A stretch of 30,687 nt of DNA from a virus (lineage: Duplodnaviria; Caudoviricetes), in IMG/VR virus record IMGVR_UViG_3300020543_000021, positions 1-30,687 of that record; one strand, given 5' to 3'. Shown here piece after piece: positions 16,534 through 25,788 of this stretch. Made by a program: the position numbers and the translations under genes. Positions within the stretch are counted from its first letter, which is position 1. Each line of letters opens with the position of its first letter. A model generated the notes under the pieces. That model did not search any database, was not told the origin of the DNA, and saw only the letters and a list, made by a program, of their open reading frames with translations.

Positions 16534-17736
16534 ATGGGATTAGATCCGGTAACAGCTATTATTGGAGGGTCAGTTCTTGGAGCTGGAGCATCTATTTTTT
16601 CTGGCTCAAAAGCAGCCTCCGCGGCAAAAAGCGCAGCGGCGACACAAGCTAAGGCGCAAGATAGTGCTGTAGCCGAACAGCAAAGGCAGTTTGACACCAT
16701 CCGTCAAATCCTTGCGCCATACGTTCAGGCAGGAAGCCCTGAGTTAACGCAGCCATACATTCAAGCTGGGCCTGGGGCTATTCGCGGACTGCAAGCAATT
16801 GCGGGTCTTGGTGGCGAGCAAGCCCGTCAGCAAGCTCTATTCGATGTTCGCCAGTCGCCGCAGTTCAGGATGCTTGCAGATGTAACGCTGCAGAATGTTG
16901 ACGAGTATGCACGCAACCGAGAACAGGAACTTGCAAAACTCCAAAAGCAACAGTCCTACATCAATCCGTCAGTAACGGTTGGAAAGGGCGAAGACAGGGC
17001 ACTTGCAATCAAACAGGCTCAAGAGGACATCACGGCCAAGTTCAATCAGGAGACTGATGCCAAGGTTCGCGACCTGATGTCACAGGGCTACGCACAGCAA
17101 CAGGAGCTTCTGAAGCCTGTGCTTGAGAGCGGTAAGTACGACGAGATGGGTCGCCAGATGCAAGAGCAGGCAATCCAGCAAATCGAGCAGGGGCCGCTTT
17201 TCCAGCAACTCGCCCAGCAGGGAGAACAGGCTATTCTTGCGAATGCATCGGCTACCGGAGGACTCCGCGGCGGTAACGTGCAAGCGGCTCTTGGGCAGTT
17301 CAGACCGCAGTTGCTCAACCAGCTTATCGAACAGCAGTACGCACGCCTTTCTGGTCTTGCCAACGTAGGACAAACCGGTGCTCAGAGTCTGCTTGGAATC
17401 GGTCAGGCGTCAGCAGCTGGGCAGGCTGCATCCGCGGGACAAGCTGGAAGCGCAATCAGCGGGCTTTTGGCAAGCCAAGGCGCAGCGCAAGCAGCTGGGC
17501 AGGTCGGAGCAGCACAAGCGTTCGCTCAGGGAGCAACTGGAGCCGCTGGGGCGATTGGAAGTGGAATTCAGAACTACATGCTTCTGAACAGACTTGGGAC
17601 AGGATTAAGCGGTCTTGGAACCGGAGGTTTTTACGGTTCAGAAGCTGCAGCTTTAAGCGCAGGCGGAGGTGCGCCGGTTGCGTATTCCGCTCCAGCAGGC
17701 CCAGGCGGATCATCTGGTTGGTACATTCAAAGCTAA
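16534..17736 (+). CDS. DNA ejection/transfer protein (P22 gp7-like)
   Basis: Hydrophobic G/A-rich N-terminus, PYVQAG, and the ASATGGLRGGN signature. Confidence 0.85.
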   Translation: MGLDPVTAIIGGSVLGAGASIFSGSKAASAAKSAAATQAKAQDSAVAEQQRQFDTIRQILAPYVQAGSPELTQPYIQAGPGAIRGLQAIAGLGGEQARQQALFDVRQSPQFRMLADVTLQNVDEYARNREQELAKLQKQQSYINPSVTVGKGEDRALAIKQAQEDITAKFNQETDAKVRDLMSQGYAQQQELLKPVLESGKYDEMGRQMQEQAIQQIEQGPLFQQLAQQGEQAILANASATGGLRGGNVQAALGQFRPQLLNQLIEQQYARLSGLANVGQTGAQSLLGIGQASAAGQAASAGQAGSAISGLLASQGAAQAAGQVGAAQAFAQGATGAAGAIGSGIQNYMLLNRLGTGLSGLGTGGFYGSEAAALSAGGGAPVAYSAPAGPGGSSGWYIQS

Positions 17737-17742
17737 ACCGAT

Positions 17743-19278
17743 ATGGCTGAGTTCAATTACGGCATCAATATTCCGCAACCCAACACCTCTATGTTTGGAG
17801 GTGGAAATTTGCTTCAAGGACTTGCTACCATCGAGCAAATCCGAGGCGCTCAAGCCCAGCAGGCACTCGCGCAGCAGCTTGCTCCATACGAACTGCAGAA
17901 GGCACAGCTAGGCATTCAGGGGATGCAGCAGTCTATGGCTCAGTCAGCTGCCGCGGCAGGACGTGCCGCAACATCGTTTGCTCAAGAGCAGGAAATGCGC
18001 AGGACTGCAATGGAGCAGCAAAAGATGATTTCGAATTCGATTGCACGGTATGGGTCTGACCCAAATGCAGACCTATCTAGTCTTACTTCAGTAATACCAT
18101 ATCTTTCAAAACAACAACTTGATGCAATTCAATCTGTAGAGCAAATCAAGTTGTCGAACATTGCTTCTAAAATTGACCCAGAAAATCCTGATCCCAAGCT
18201 GGTGCAACAGGTTTCGGCTAGAGCAATGGCACTTCCGTCTCAAGAGGCAAAGGCATTTTCATCTATATTCAATCAGCTTCCAAATCCTGTACAAGACAAC
18301 TTAAAAAATACCACGTTTGAAGTTGTTAATGCTGGGCTTGCCAACAAGCCGGAAATTGCACTCAAAAGACTACAGGAACAGGCAGATGCTTTGAGTAATT
18401 CTGAAGACCCAAAGCTAAAGAAACTCGGAGAGTTTTACCAAAGGACGATTGAAGCAACTCCTGAGAATGCGCCTCCATCGTATTGGTCTATACTTGGGCA
18501 GTCGTTCATGATGCGGACTGGGGATGAAAAAGCTGCTACAGCTTACAGTGAGTTGCTGAACAAATACTTTAAGGAACAGTCTCCCGAAGCCATGACAAAA
18601 GCTAAGGCAGACGCAGCCAAGGCTCAGGCAGAAGCAAACTTAAGTGAAATCAAAGCCAAAGCAGAACAATTGAAGCTGGAAGGTGGAATGCCTGCGGATG
18701 AAATGTTCAAGGCTGAGAAGGAAATGCGTGATACATTCACGTCTCAACCAATTGTTAGAGCCTATCAGGACAGGCGAGTTGCCGTTCAGGCTATCGATGA
18801 CAGCTTGAAGCAGAAAAATCCAATTGGAGATCAGATATCAATCGTGCAGCTCATCAGGCTGAATGATCCAACATCAACTGTAAGCGTTACTGAATCCGGC
18901 CAGATTCAAACTACTGGCTTGTCTGGGACAATAAAAACGCTTGTTGAAAAGTTCAATGGAACAGGAAAACTGAACGAAGATCAGCGGAAACAAATTAGTG
19001 TTCTGTCAAAAACATTGATGAACACCTATCAAAAGGAGTTTGATGCGTTCAAAGGTCAAACTGAACGCATTGCATCGGAAGCAGGGTTGAGACCAAAGAA
19101 TATCGTAGCGTTCCCAACTGCTCCTTTGACATTTGAAAAAGCAAAGTCCACTCAAACCGTAGCAGAAGCAGCGCGCGGAAAGTCGGTGCCTCCGCCTATT
19201 CCAACTGCATCGCCAGCTGCACCTGCAGCGCCGACGGCTCCTTCAATTGACGATTTGCTTAAGAAATACTCACGATAA
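17743..19278 (+). CDS. DNA ejection protein (gp20-like position)
   Basis: Helical Q/A/K-rich 511 aa between the gp7-like and gp16-like genes; GDQISIVQLIRLNDPTSTV motif. Confidence 0.7.
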   Translation: MAEFNYGINIPQPNTSMFGGGNLLQGLATIEQIRGAQAQQALAQQLAPYELQKAQLGIQGMQQSMAQSAAAAGRAATSFAQEQEMRRTAMEQQKMISNSIARYGSDPNADLSSLTSVIPYLSKQQLDAIQSVEQIKLSNIASKIDPENPDPKLVQQVSARAMALPSQEAKAFSSIFNQLPNPVQDNLKNTTFEVVNAGLANKPEIALKRLQEQADALSNSEDPKLKKLGEFYQRTIEATPENAPPSYWSILGQSFMMRTGDEKAATAYSELLNKYFKEQSPEAMTKAKADAAKAQAEANLSEIKAKAEQLKLEGGMPADEMFKAEKEMRDTFTSQPIVRAYQDRRVAVQAIDDSLKQKNPIGDQISIVQLIRLNDPTSTVSVTESGQIQTTGLSGTIKTLVEKFNGTGKLNEDQRKQISVLSKTLMNTYQKEFDAFKGQTERIASEAGLRPKNIVAFPTAPLTFEKAKSTQTVAEAARGKSVPPPIPTASPAAPAAPTAPSIDDLLKKYSR

Positions 19279-21695
19279 TGGCTACTCTTGAAGAGCTTTC
19301 GCAGGCGTTGATAAAAGCTGATGCAGCTGGAAATGCTGACGATGCCCGCGTGCTTGCTGCTGAGATTCAACGGATGCGTTCAGAGCAGGCCGCGCCGGCT
19401 CCCGCACAACCCCCAGTTCCTGAGCCGCAGCAACCGGTTCCGCTGCCTTCGGCTGCAACCGAGGAGGCGATGATTGGGCAACCGGAAACGACGCTTGGAG
19501 GACTTGCTGCTTCTGCTGCGCGTGGCGCTGGGCCCGCAGCACTTGGCGCTGCAGCTGGAGCACTGATGGGTGGAGTTCCAACCGGCGGGATTGGAGCAGT
19601 CCCAGGAGCCGCTCTCGGAGCTGGAACAATGGTGCTGGCTGATCCGATTGTCGCCGGAATCAACGCGTTGTTCGGAACACACTACACGCAGCCATCTGAC
19701 GCGGTTAGACACTACCTTACGCAGCTCGGAGTTCCCAAGCCCGACACTTCTGCTGAACGCATCGTAGAGGCGGCTTCTCGGGGCGTTGGTGAAGCCGCAG
19801 GTGGCGTTGGGATTGGCAGAACCATGATGCAGGCAGCAAGGCCAACGGTTCGGGCTGTTGGAGCGTCAATGGCCGAGCAACCGGTTCAGCAGATTGCATC
19901 TGGCGTTGGGGCTGAGGTTGCATCTCAAGCAGCCAAAGAAGCTGGATACGGCCCAGCAGGACAGCTTCTGGCTGGATTAGGCGGAGGTATTGGAGCAGGG
20001 ATTAGCCCAGGCTCATTCACGCGCCAATCCGTGCAGAAGCCGATTGGTGCTACGGTCTCTGCCGCAGTCAAGGGCGATAAGGCAGCACTTCAATCTCTCG
20101 CGGAGGCTGGAGCGGCAGACCCTGCGGTTCGCAAAGCAGCAAGCAATCTTGGGCTGAACGTGGATGAGATACCGGACTACTTGCTTTCCAAGAACCCGCA
20201 GTTCCAATCAGTCGCAGCAAGCGTTGCTTCTGTGCCGCAGTCGGTGTTGAAGCTGGAGACCGATCAGGCGCTTCAGAGCCTTAAAACACGGGCGGATGGA
20301 ATCATCGAACAGCTTGGTGGGACAACCGACTTGAGCCAGTTGAGCTCGAAGGTTGAATCAACGACGAAGTCGATGCGTGATGAGTTGCGCTCAAAGGTTG
20401 ATAAAATCTACAACGAAGACCTAAAGGCGCTTATTCCAGAAAAAACTCCAACCAAAGCTGACAACGCAATAGCTTTTGCAAAAGACCGTCTTGATAAGTT
20501 CAACGGAGACGTAAGCCAACTCAACAGGCTGGATAAACTTGTTCTAGGACTTCAATCTGGAGCAAGGTCTTTGTCGAAAGATGAGATTGGTGTAATCGAC
20601 GATCAAATTCGCACCTTAAACGCGCAGCGTGCAGCCGGTGACAGAACGCCAGAACTTGCAAATAGAATCAGCGAACTTGAAGCGTCTAAGGGGCAAAAGG
20701 TTTCTTCTCCAACAACCTTTTACACTGTTGACGAGCTTCGCAAAAAAGTTGGAGAGAAGACGCGCAATCCAAACTCTCCGTTGTTTGCTGATGCTGACGC
20801 AGGTCTTGCAAAAGCATACTACGGACTGCTCTCAAAGGACATTGATGCAGCTGCATCGGCGGTTGGAGCAGATGTTTTGATTGCCGAGAAAAACGATTTG
20901 GTCAAAAAGCAAAAAGCTCTTGAGGACGGATACGTCAGCTTGTTTGGCAAGGAAGGGCAGAAGTCAATGGGCAAGGCGCTCCAGGACGCCACTCGCGGAC
21001 TCGCAAACAAAGCCGCATACACCGAGTACGCAAAGCTGTTATCGAATGTTCCAAAGGAACTCCGTCAAGAGGTTGCGGTGTCATCTTTGGTGTCTGCTTT
21101 TGGAAGAGACATGGTTGCCGAGAACTTCACGCCATCCACTTTTGTAAAGTGGTACGACGGACTCATGAGCAATCAGCAGTCCAAGAATGCGTTGTTCTCA
21201 AACGTGCCTCCGCAAACAAAACAGTTCCTTGATAACCTGTACGCATACTCGTCCAACATCAAAGATGCGCTTGCAGAGAAAATACCGACCGGACGTTTGA
21301 CGACATCCTTGCAGGCCCCAACAACCGCACTTCAGAACGTGCTTACTGCGGTCAAGAAAGCTGGGATTGCCGCTGGCGTAGCCACAACGCTTGAGCCGGT
21401 CACCGGAAGCACGCTATCAGCTGCGATTGCCGGATCCATAGCTGCGTCAGCATCAAAAGATACCGCTCCAATCCTTAAGGCGGCTGATGACCTTTTGGTT
21501 TCTCCGCAATTCAGAGACCTCGTAAAAGCAGCAAAAGCAAACCCAGATGCCTTTACAAGGGCTGCAGAGAACACTATTCAAAGCTCGTCCTTTAAGAAGT
21601 TCGCGGATGCTGTTAATCTTCCTGCGTCACAACGCAACGCACTTTTCTTAACGACCCGCTTAGAAGAGCCACAACCACCAGCAACAGAAGAATAA
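19278..21695 (+). CDS. Large DNA ejection protein (gp16-like position)
   Basis: 805 aa; N-terminal ALIKADAAG..DDARVLA, G/A-rich hydrophobic segments, helical body; lies upstream of the tailspike. Confidence 0.72.
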   Translation: MATLEELSQALIKADAAGNADDARVLAAEIQRMRSEQAAPAPAQPPVPEPQQPVPLPSAATEEAMIGQPETTLGGLAASAARGAGPAALGAAAGALMGGVPTGGIGAVPGAALGAGTMVLADPIVAGINALFGTHYTQPSDAVRHYLTQLGVPKPDTSAERIVEAASRGVGEAAGGVGIGRTMMQAARPTVRAVGASMAEQPVQQIASGVGAEVASQAAKEAGYGPAGQLLAGLGGGIGAGISPGSFTRQSVQKPIGATVSAAVKGDKAALQSLAEAGAADPAVRKAASNLGLNVDEIPDYLLSKNPQFQSVAASVASVPQSVLKLETDQALQSLKTRADGIIEQLGGTTDLSQLSSKVESTTKSMRDELRSKVDKIYNEDLKALIPEKTPTKADNAIAFAKDRLDKFNGDVSQLNRLDKLVLGLQSGARSLSKDEIGVIDDQIRTLNAQRAAGDRTPELANRISELEASKGQKVSSPTTFYTVDELRKKVGEKTRNPNSPLFADADAGLAKAYYGLLSKDIDAAASAVGADVLIAEKNDLVKKQKALEDGYVSLFGKEGQKSMGKALQDATRGLANKAAYTEYAKLLSNVPKELRQEVAVSSLVSAFGRDMVAENFTPSTFVKWYDGLMSNQQSKNALFSNVPPQTKQFLDNLYAYSSNIKDALAEKIPTGRLTTSLQAPTTALQNVLTAVKKAGIAAGVATTLEPVTGSTLSAAIAGSIAASASKDTAPILKAADDLLVSPQFRDLVKAAKANPDAFTRAAENTIQSSSFKKFADAVNLPASQRNALFLTTRLEEPQPPATEE

Positions 21696-21696
21696 C

Positions 21697-23817
21697 ATGG
21701 CCTCATTCATCACCTCGCCCTATCCGGTCTTCTTCGACAAGGACGGCACGCCGCTAGAGAACGGTTTTATCTACATCGGAACCGCAAACCAAAATCCCGT
21801 CACAAGCCCAATTGATGTGTTCTGGGACGAGGCATTGACTCAGCCAGCCGCGCAGCCCATCCGCACGCTCAACGGGTATGCAGCTAGAAATGGAACGCCA
21901 TCAAAACTCTACACTGCACCTGACAACTTTTCGATGCTTGTCAGGAACCGCAAAGAATCTCAAGTGTACTACACGCAGGATGCGACCACTGGCCCAAATT
22001 TCCTTGGGTACCCAATTACTTCCAGTCAAATATCGACTCTTCCATCAACGCAGATTTCTTTTTTACAGACTGGTGCTGGAGCTGTTACTCGTACCGCTGA
22101 ATCAAAAATGCGGGATAGCGTGAGCGTGAAGGATTTTGGAGCAGTAGGAGATGGATTAACTTCCGACAATGTGGCGTTCAATGCAATGGCTTCAGCTTTT
22201 GCATACATTGTTGTTCCAACTGGAGATTTCCTTCTCACCACAATCAACATTGATGTTCCCATCTTCTTCACTGAAGGTGGAGCCGTAAAGGTAAACTCAG
22301 GAAACACAATCACCTTTCGCAACAGAATCTCGTCGTCCAAGCAACAAATTTTCAAGGGCGATGGAGACATCCGGTTTGCTCTAAACGGAAACCTCGGTGA
22401 AGACAGCAAGCACGCGTATGCAGCATGGTGGGGTATCTTTCCAGTAGGACAGGCGAATACTATTCAAACTGCCGCATTCAATAAAGCGCTGGCTGCCTAC
22501 ACATCTGTTCCTCTTAGGGAAGGAACCTTTGAGATGGACATTGGCTCATATCGTATTGATGGGACAATCACCATCCCGCGAGGTGTACACTTCAAAGGTG
22601 CCGGTACACGATTAACGATTTTTGATCTGATTGGAGATGGCTACAATGCCATAGAGACAGGCATATCAGCATGTCGAATTACTGGGATTCAGTTTGAGAG
22701 ACCAATAGTATCTCCAGGCTACTTCAACGGAACTCAAATCAAGCTGATTGGGCCTGGAACGCATGTAGTTGACGACGTGCGCGTGCAAGGCCCAAAAATT
22801 GGCATTGAAGTTACGGAAAATGTTACCAATGCAAGACTTAGCAACATTGGAGGATTCTATGAGGCAGAACCAGTTGGAGGGTATCCTGCTGATAGTGCCA
22901 TGATTTGGGTTAAAGGCGACGGGTGTCAGATTGATACCGTAAGCCTTTTGTCTACGACTTATGGGCCTGCAAGCATGATATTGGCTGGATACAACTCCAC
23001 TGCAGGAATTGCATCTTTATCAATCAGCAATGTTTTGTATGCAGAGAAAAGCAGGGGCGTCAGAATCTGGGCGAACACATTCAATGTTCTGAATGTAAAC
23101 ATAAATGGCGTTACCTATTACGGTGAAGCAGCAGAAATAGTTGATTCCGCCATAGACATTACAACAGAAGGAACATCTGCTGTTTCAAACGTTCTTATTG
23201 AAGGTGTTGTTTCAAACAACAGCGTAAACAATCTTCTAACAATAAATCAAGGTAGCAGTGCGTACTGTGAGAACATCACGTTTGCAAGCGGGTCTGCAAA
23301 CTCAAGTTCGGTAAAGGCAGCGACCCTCACGCGGACTCTTGGAACAATCCGTAACATCGTCATCGGGGACGATGTAAACGCAAACCTCAACGCCACTCCT
23401 GTTGTGCAGACAGGCGATGCTACGTATTTCCAAAACGTATACATCTCGCCACGGCTGACTCCAGGAGTTAGGCAACCAAGCTATAGCTGGTTATTTGGAA
23501 ACTTTGCAGACAACACTGCAAATTATGTAAATATTGGAGATAATCTTATTTTTACAGGAATACTTGCTGTGTCTATTGGTTCAACAAAATTTGGAATGTG
23601 GGTTGTGCGTGCTGCAACAAGTCCTGCAATAACACCAATGATTGTAGCTGCAGACAATGTTGCTACTGCAGCACCTGGAACTGTTCTAACAGGAACAACT
23701 GGAGCTGATGGAAATTTTACAGTTAGTGTAACATCTAATGGTAGAATTTATTTTGAAAATCGCCTAGGAACTTCTCAAACAATCAATCTAACATTGATGA
23801 CTGGATCTTTTTCGTAA
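21697..23817 (+). CDS. Tailspike with P22-type head-binding domain and beta-helix (putative depolymerase)
   Basis: N-terminal DGTPLENGFIYIG...P...AQPIRT; neck GAVTRT..SKMRD.VSVKDFGAVGDG; long beta-helix-like body. Confidence 0.88.
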   Translation: MASFITSPYPVFFDKDGTPLENGFIYIGTANQNPVTSPIDVFWDEALTQPAAQPIRTLNGYAARNGTPSKLYTAPDNFSMLVRNRKESQVYYTQDATTGPNFLGYPITSSQISTLPSTQISFLQTGAGAVTRTAESKMRDSVSVKDFGAVGDGLTSDNVAFNAMASAFAYIVVPTGDFLLTTINIDVPIFFTEGGAVKVNSGNTITFRNRISSSKQQIFKGDGDIRFALNGNLGEDSKHAYAAWWGIFPVGQANTIQTAAFNKALAAYTSVPLREGTFEMDIGSYRIDGTITIPRGVHFKGAGTRLTIFDLIGDGYNAIETGISACRITGIQFERPIVSPGYFNGTQIKLIGPGTHVVDDVRVQGPKIGIEVTENVTNARLSNIGGFYEAEPVGGYPADSAMIWVKGDGCQIDTVSLLSTTYGPASMILAGYNSTAGIASLSISNVLYAEKSRGVRIWANTFNVLNVNINGVTYYGEAAEIVDSAIDITTEGTSAVSNVLIEGVVSNNSVNNLLTINQGSSAYCENITFASGSANSSSVKAATLTRTLGTIRNIVIGDDVNANLNATPVVQTGDATYFQNVYISPRLTPGVRQPSYSWLFGNFADNTANYVNIGDNLIFTGILAVSIGSTKFGMWVVRAATSPAITPMIVAADNVATAAPGTVLTGTTGADGNFTVSVTSNGRIYFENRLGTSQTINLTLMTGSFS

Positions 23818-23823
23818 TACATT

Positions 23824-23991
23824 ATGAACTACCTCATCTCTCGCTTGCTTGAGCCATCGACATGGAGAGGGCTTATCTCGCTGGCTACACTCTTTGGGCT
23901 GAAGCTGGCGCCTGAGCAATCCGACGCGGTTCTCACCGCTGGTGTCAGCTTGTACTCGGCCATCAACATCTTCAGGAAGGAGCAGAAATGA
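23824..23991 (+). CDS. Putative holin (55 aa; not in the ORF track)
   Basis: MNYLISRLLEPSTWRGLISLATLFGLKLAPEQSDAVLTAGVSLYSAINIFRKEQK; EPSTW.G motif, two hydrophobic segments, charged C-terminus; upstream of the endolysin. Confidence 0.72.
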   Translation: MNYLISRLLEPSTWRGLISLATLFGLKLAPEQSDAVLTAGVSLYSAINIFRKEQK

Positions 23992-24164
23992 TCGAGAAGA
24001 TGTCGGAGGCGATTGTGACGCAGGGGCCGCTTGCCGCGGCGATGGGCATCGCCATTTGGTGGTTGGCATCGAAGATTAAGGACTGCGAGATTGACCGCTC
24101 ACGCTTGTGGGAGAAGGTCAGCGAGCTGGCCGAGCGCGTAGGAGGCGGAGAGAACCACCGATGA
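23988..24164 (+). CDS. Small single-TM protein with coiled-coil tail (holin/antiholin-like; 58 aa; not in the ORF track)
   Basis: MIEKMSEAIVTQGPLAAAMGIAIWWLASKIKDCEIDRSRLWEKVSELAERVGGGENHR; ATGA overlaps on both sides. Confidence 0.72.
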   Translation: MIEKMSEAIVTQGPLAAAMGIAIWWLASKIKDCEIDRSRLWEKVSELAERVGGGENHR

Positions 24165-24787
24165 TTCTCAGCGACAACGGCAGGAAACTGCTTCTGGACT
24201 TTGAGGTCGGCGGCGGCGAACTCTACTACCGCAAGTTCCTGCAAAGCCCAACGTGGCCTGGGGAGTCGAGCGGCATCACCATCGGTGTCGGATTCGACTT
24301 GGGCTACAACACCGAGTCACAGTACGCCGAGGCATGGCGCGACAAGCTCTCGAACGAGGAATACGACCGGCTCAAGCTGCCTCTGGGGCTCAGGGGTATT
24401 CAGGCTCAGAACATGCTGAAGCTCTCGCCGAATATCCGTGAAGTCGTTATCCCTTGGGGATATGCACTCGATGTGTTTGAGAACATCACGGTTCCAAAGT
24501 TCTACCTGCAGACGCTTCGCATCTACCCTCAGGCAGAATCACTTCCACGGGACGCGCAAGCTGCGCTAGTCTCGCTTGTGTTTAACCGTGGCACCGCCTT
24601 GGCCGGTGATAGACGCTCGGAAATGCTTGGCATTCAGAACGCTTTGCGCGACGGACGCACCCATGATGTACCGGACTTGCTTCGCTCCATGAAGCGGTTA
24701 TGGCCGGACACCAAGGGGCTTCAGCGCCGAAGAGACGCAGAAGCCGCTCTCTTTGAGGAAGCTATCAATAAAGGCCGTTACGCGTAG
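24161..24787 (+). CDS. Endolysin (pesticin-C/GH24 lysozyme-like muramidase)
   Basis: FEVGG...WPGESSGITIGVGFDLG, ALVSLVFNRG, GLQRRRDAEAALF; start re-called to ATG 24161. Confidence 0.9.
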   Translation: MILSDNGRKLLLDFEVGGGELYYRKFLQSPTWPGESSGITIGVGFDLGYNTESQYAEAWRDKLSNEEYDRLKLPLGLRGIQAQNMLKLSPNIREVVIPWGYALDVFENITVPKFYLQTLRIYPQAESLPRDAQAALVSLVFNRGTALAGDRRSEMLGIQNALRDGRTHDVPDLLRSMKRLWPDTKGLQRRRDAEAALFEEAINKGRYA

Positions 24788-24999
24788 GCAAGGAACTCAA
24801 GCCCCTTGCCTTTAATTTGTGGCAGCATGCCGTTCTCATCGTAAATGCCTGCGCCCTTCGGGATTATCGTGTCAGGCGGAAGCGCACTGCCCATCGTCGC
24901 AATCGGGCCCGACGACGAATACCGTTTTGGAGCCAAAACAAGGAGCCCAGCGGGGGGATTTTGGATGCCGGTGTAACGCGAAACAAGAGGTAAGTCCAT
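24778..24999 (-). CDS. Hypothetical protein (73 aa), divergent from the Cro-like gene
   Basis: ATG at 24999; fills an otherwise empty 220 nt; 10-nt convergent overlap with the endolysin. Confidence 0.5.
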   Translation of the reverse strand: MDLPLVSRYTGIQNPPAGLLVLAPKRYSSSGPIATMGSALPPDTIIPKGAGIYDENGMLPQIKGKGLEFLAYA

Positions 25000-25058
25000 G
25001 TGCAAGACAATGCCAGCAAACGACTTGCAAGAAAAGAAACTTTTCGTGAAGAAAATGC

Positions 25059-25087
25059 TTTGCTGCGAAAATCTTTCGCGTTACGTT
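25059..25087 (+). promoter_or_regulatory. Putative promoter with overlapping operator for the replication operon
   Basis: TTTGCT/TTGCTG followed by 16-17 nt then TACGTT; palindrome GCGAAA-ATC-TTTCGC (25065-25079) lies in the spacer; the GTG start is 7 nt after the -10 box. Confidence 0.55.
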
Positions 25088-25094
25088 CATCGGC

Positions 25095-25436
25095 GTGGGT
25101 TACAAAGTGAACATCAAGCGAATCATCCAGCGGTTTGGGGGGCGGATACCGCTCTTCAAGAAACTGGCGGTTCGTGGACGGCTCGTCCCCACTCGTACAT
25201 TGGACAAGTGGATTGAGAACGGTTTCCTTCCGCTCCAGAAGCTGCTGCTCCTTATGGAGCTTGCTGCTGAGGAAGGGTGGAAAATCGATCTCTACGAGGA
25301 AGTGAGAGAACTGAAACTGAAGAAACACAAATCAAATGCCAGTACCAAAGCAAATACCGCTGCAGAGGGATGCGTTCCCGCTGAAGCATTACCGGTCGGA
25401 GATTACCAAGCGCCTCAACAAGATTGCGTCGCTTGA
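25095..25436 (+). CDS. Cro-like helix-turn-helix regulator
   Basis: IIQRFGG...L.KKL......TLDKWIENG.LP pattern of Cro/YdaS-type proteins; first gene of the replication operon. Confidence 0.72.
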   Translation: MGYKVNIKRIIQRFGGRIPLFKKLAVRGRLVPTRTLDKWIENGFLPLQKLLLLMELAAEEGWKIDLYEEVRELKLKKHKSNASTKANTAAEGCVPAEALPVGDYQAPQQDCVA

Positions 25437-25788
25437 AGCTGAGATTGAGCTTCTCAACGAAGCCATCGTCAAGTCATACGGTGAGCGTTTCCAGAACGCT
25501 CTGAAGATGGCGAACAAGGAACACGGCAAGGTCACGATGGAAGTCGATGGCGTGCGAATGTCCTACGAGGTTCGCCGCTCGGTTTCATGGGATCAGGAGG
25601 CGTTGCAGAAGCTGCGTGCAGCCATGCTGCCAAGCGATGCCAAGGTGCTCATCTCTGAGCGTCTGGCAGTGCGTGAGGGCGAGATGAAGAACTGCATCGA
25701 CCAGCGCATCCACAAGCTCGTGGACATGGCGCGTACCGTGAAGTTCCAAACCCCGAAGATTGAGTTCTACCCTGACGAAAATGCTTAA
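25336..25788 (+). CDS. Conserved hypothetical protein upstream of the AAA ATPase
   Basis: Coiled-coil N-terminus and V.WDQE.L motif; overlaps the ATPase start. Confidence 0.78.
   Translation: MPVPKQIPLQRDAFPLKHYRSEITKRLNKIASLEAEIELLNEAIVKSYGERFQNALKMANKEHGKVTMEVDGVRMSYEVRRSVSWDQEALQKLRAAMLPSDAKVLISERLAVREGEMKNCIDQRIHKLVDMARTVKFQTPKIEFYPDENA

Noticed and set aside
10514-23817. Diversity-generating retroelement or invertase-type tail switching
   Set aside because: No reverse transcriptase, recombinase or near-identical template/variable repeat was seen; the fibre repeats are diverged at synonymous sites.
24864-25328. 154-aa minus-strand ORF as a possible cI repressor
   Set aside because: No HTH or S24 peptidase motif, and it is antisense to the Cro-like gene and promoter.
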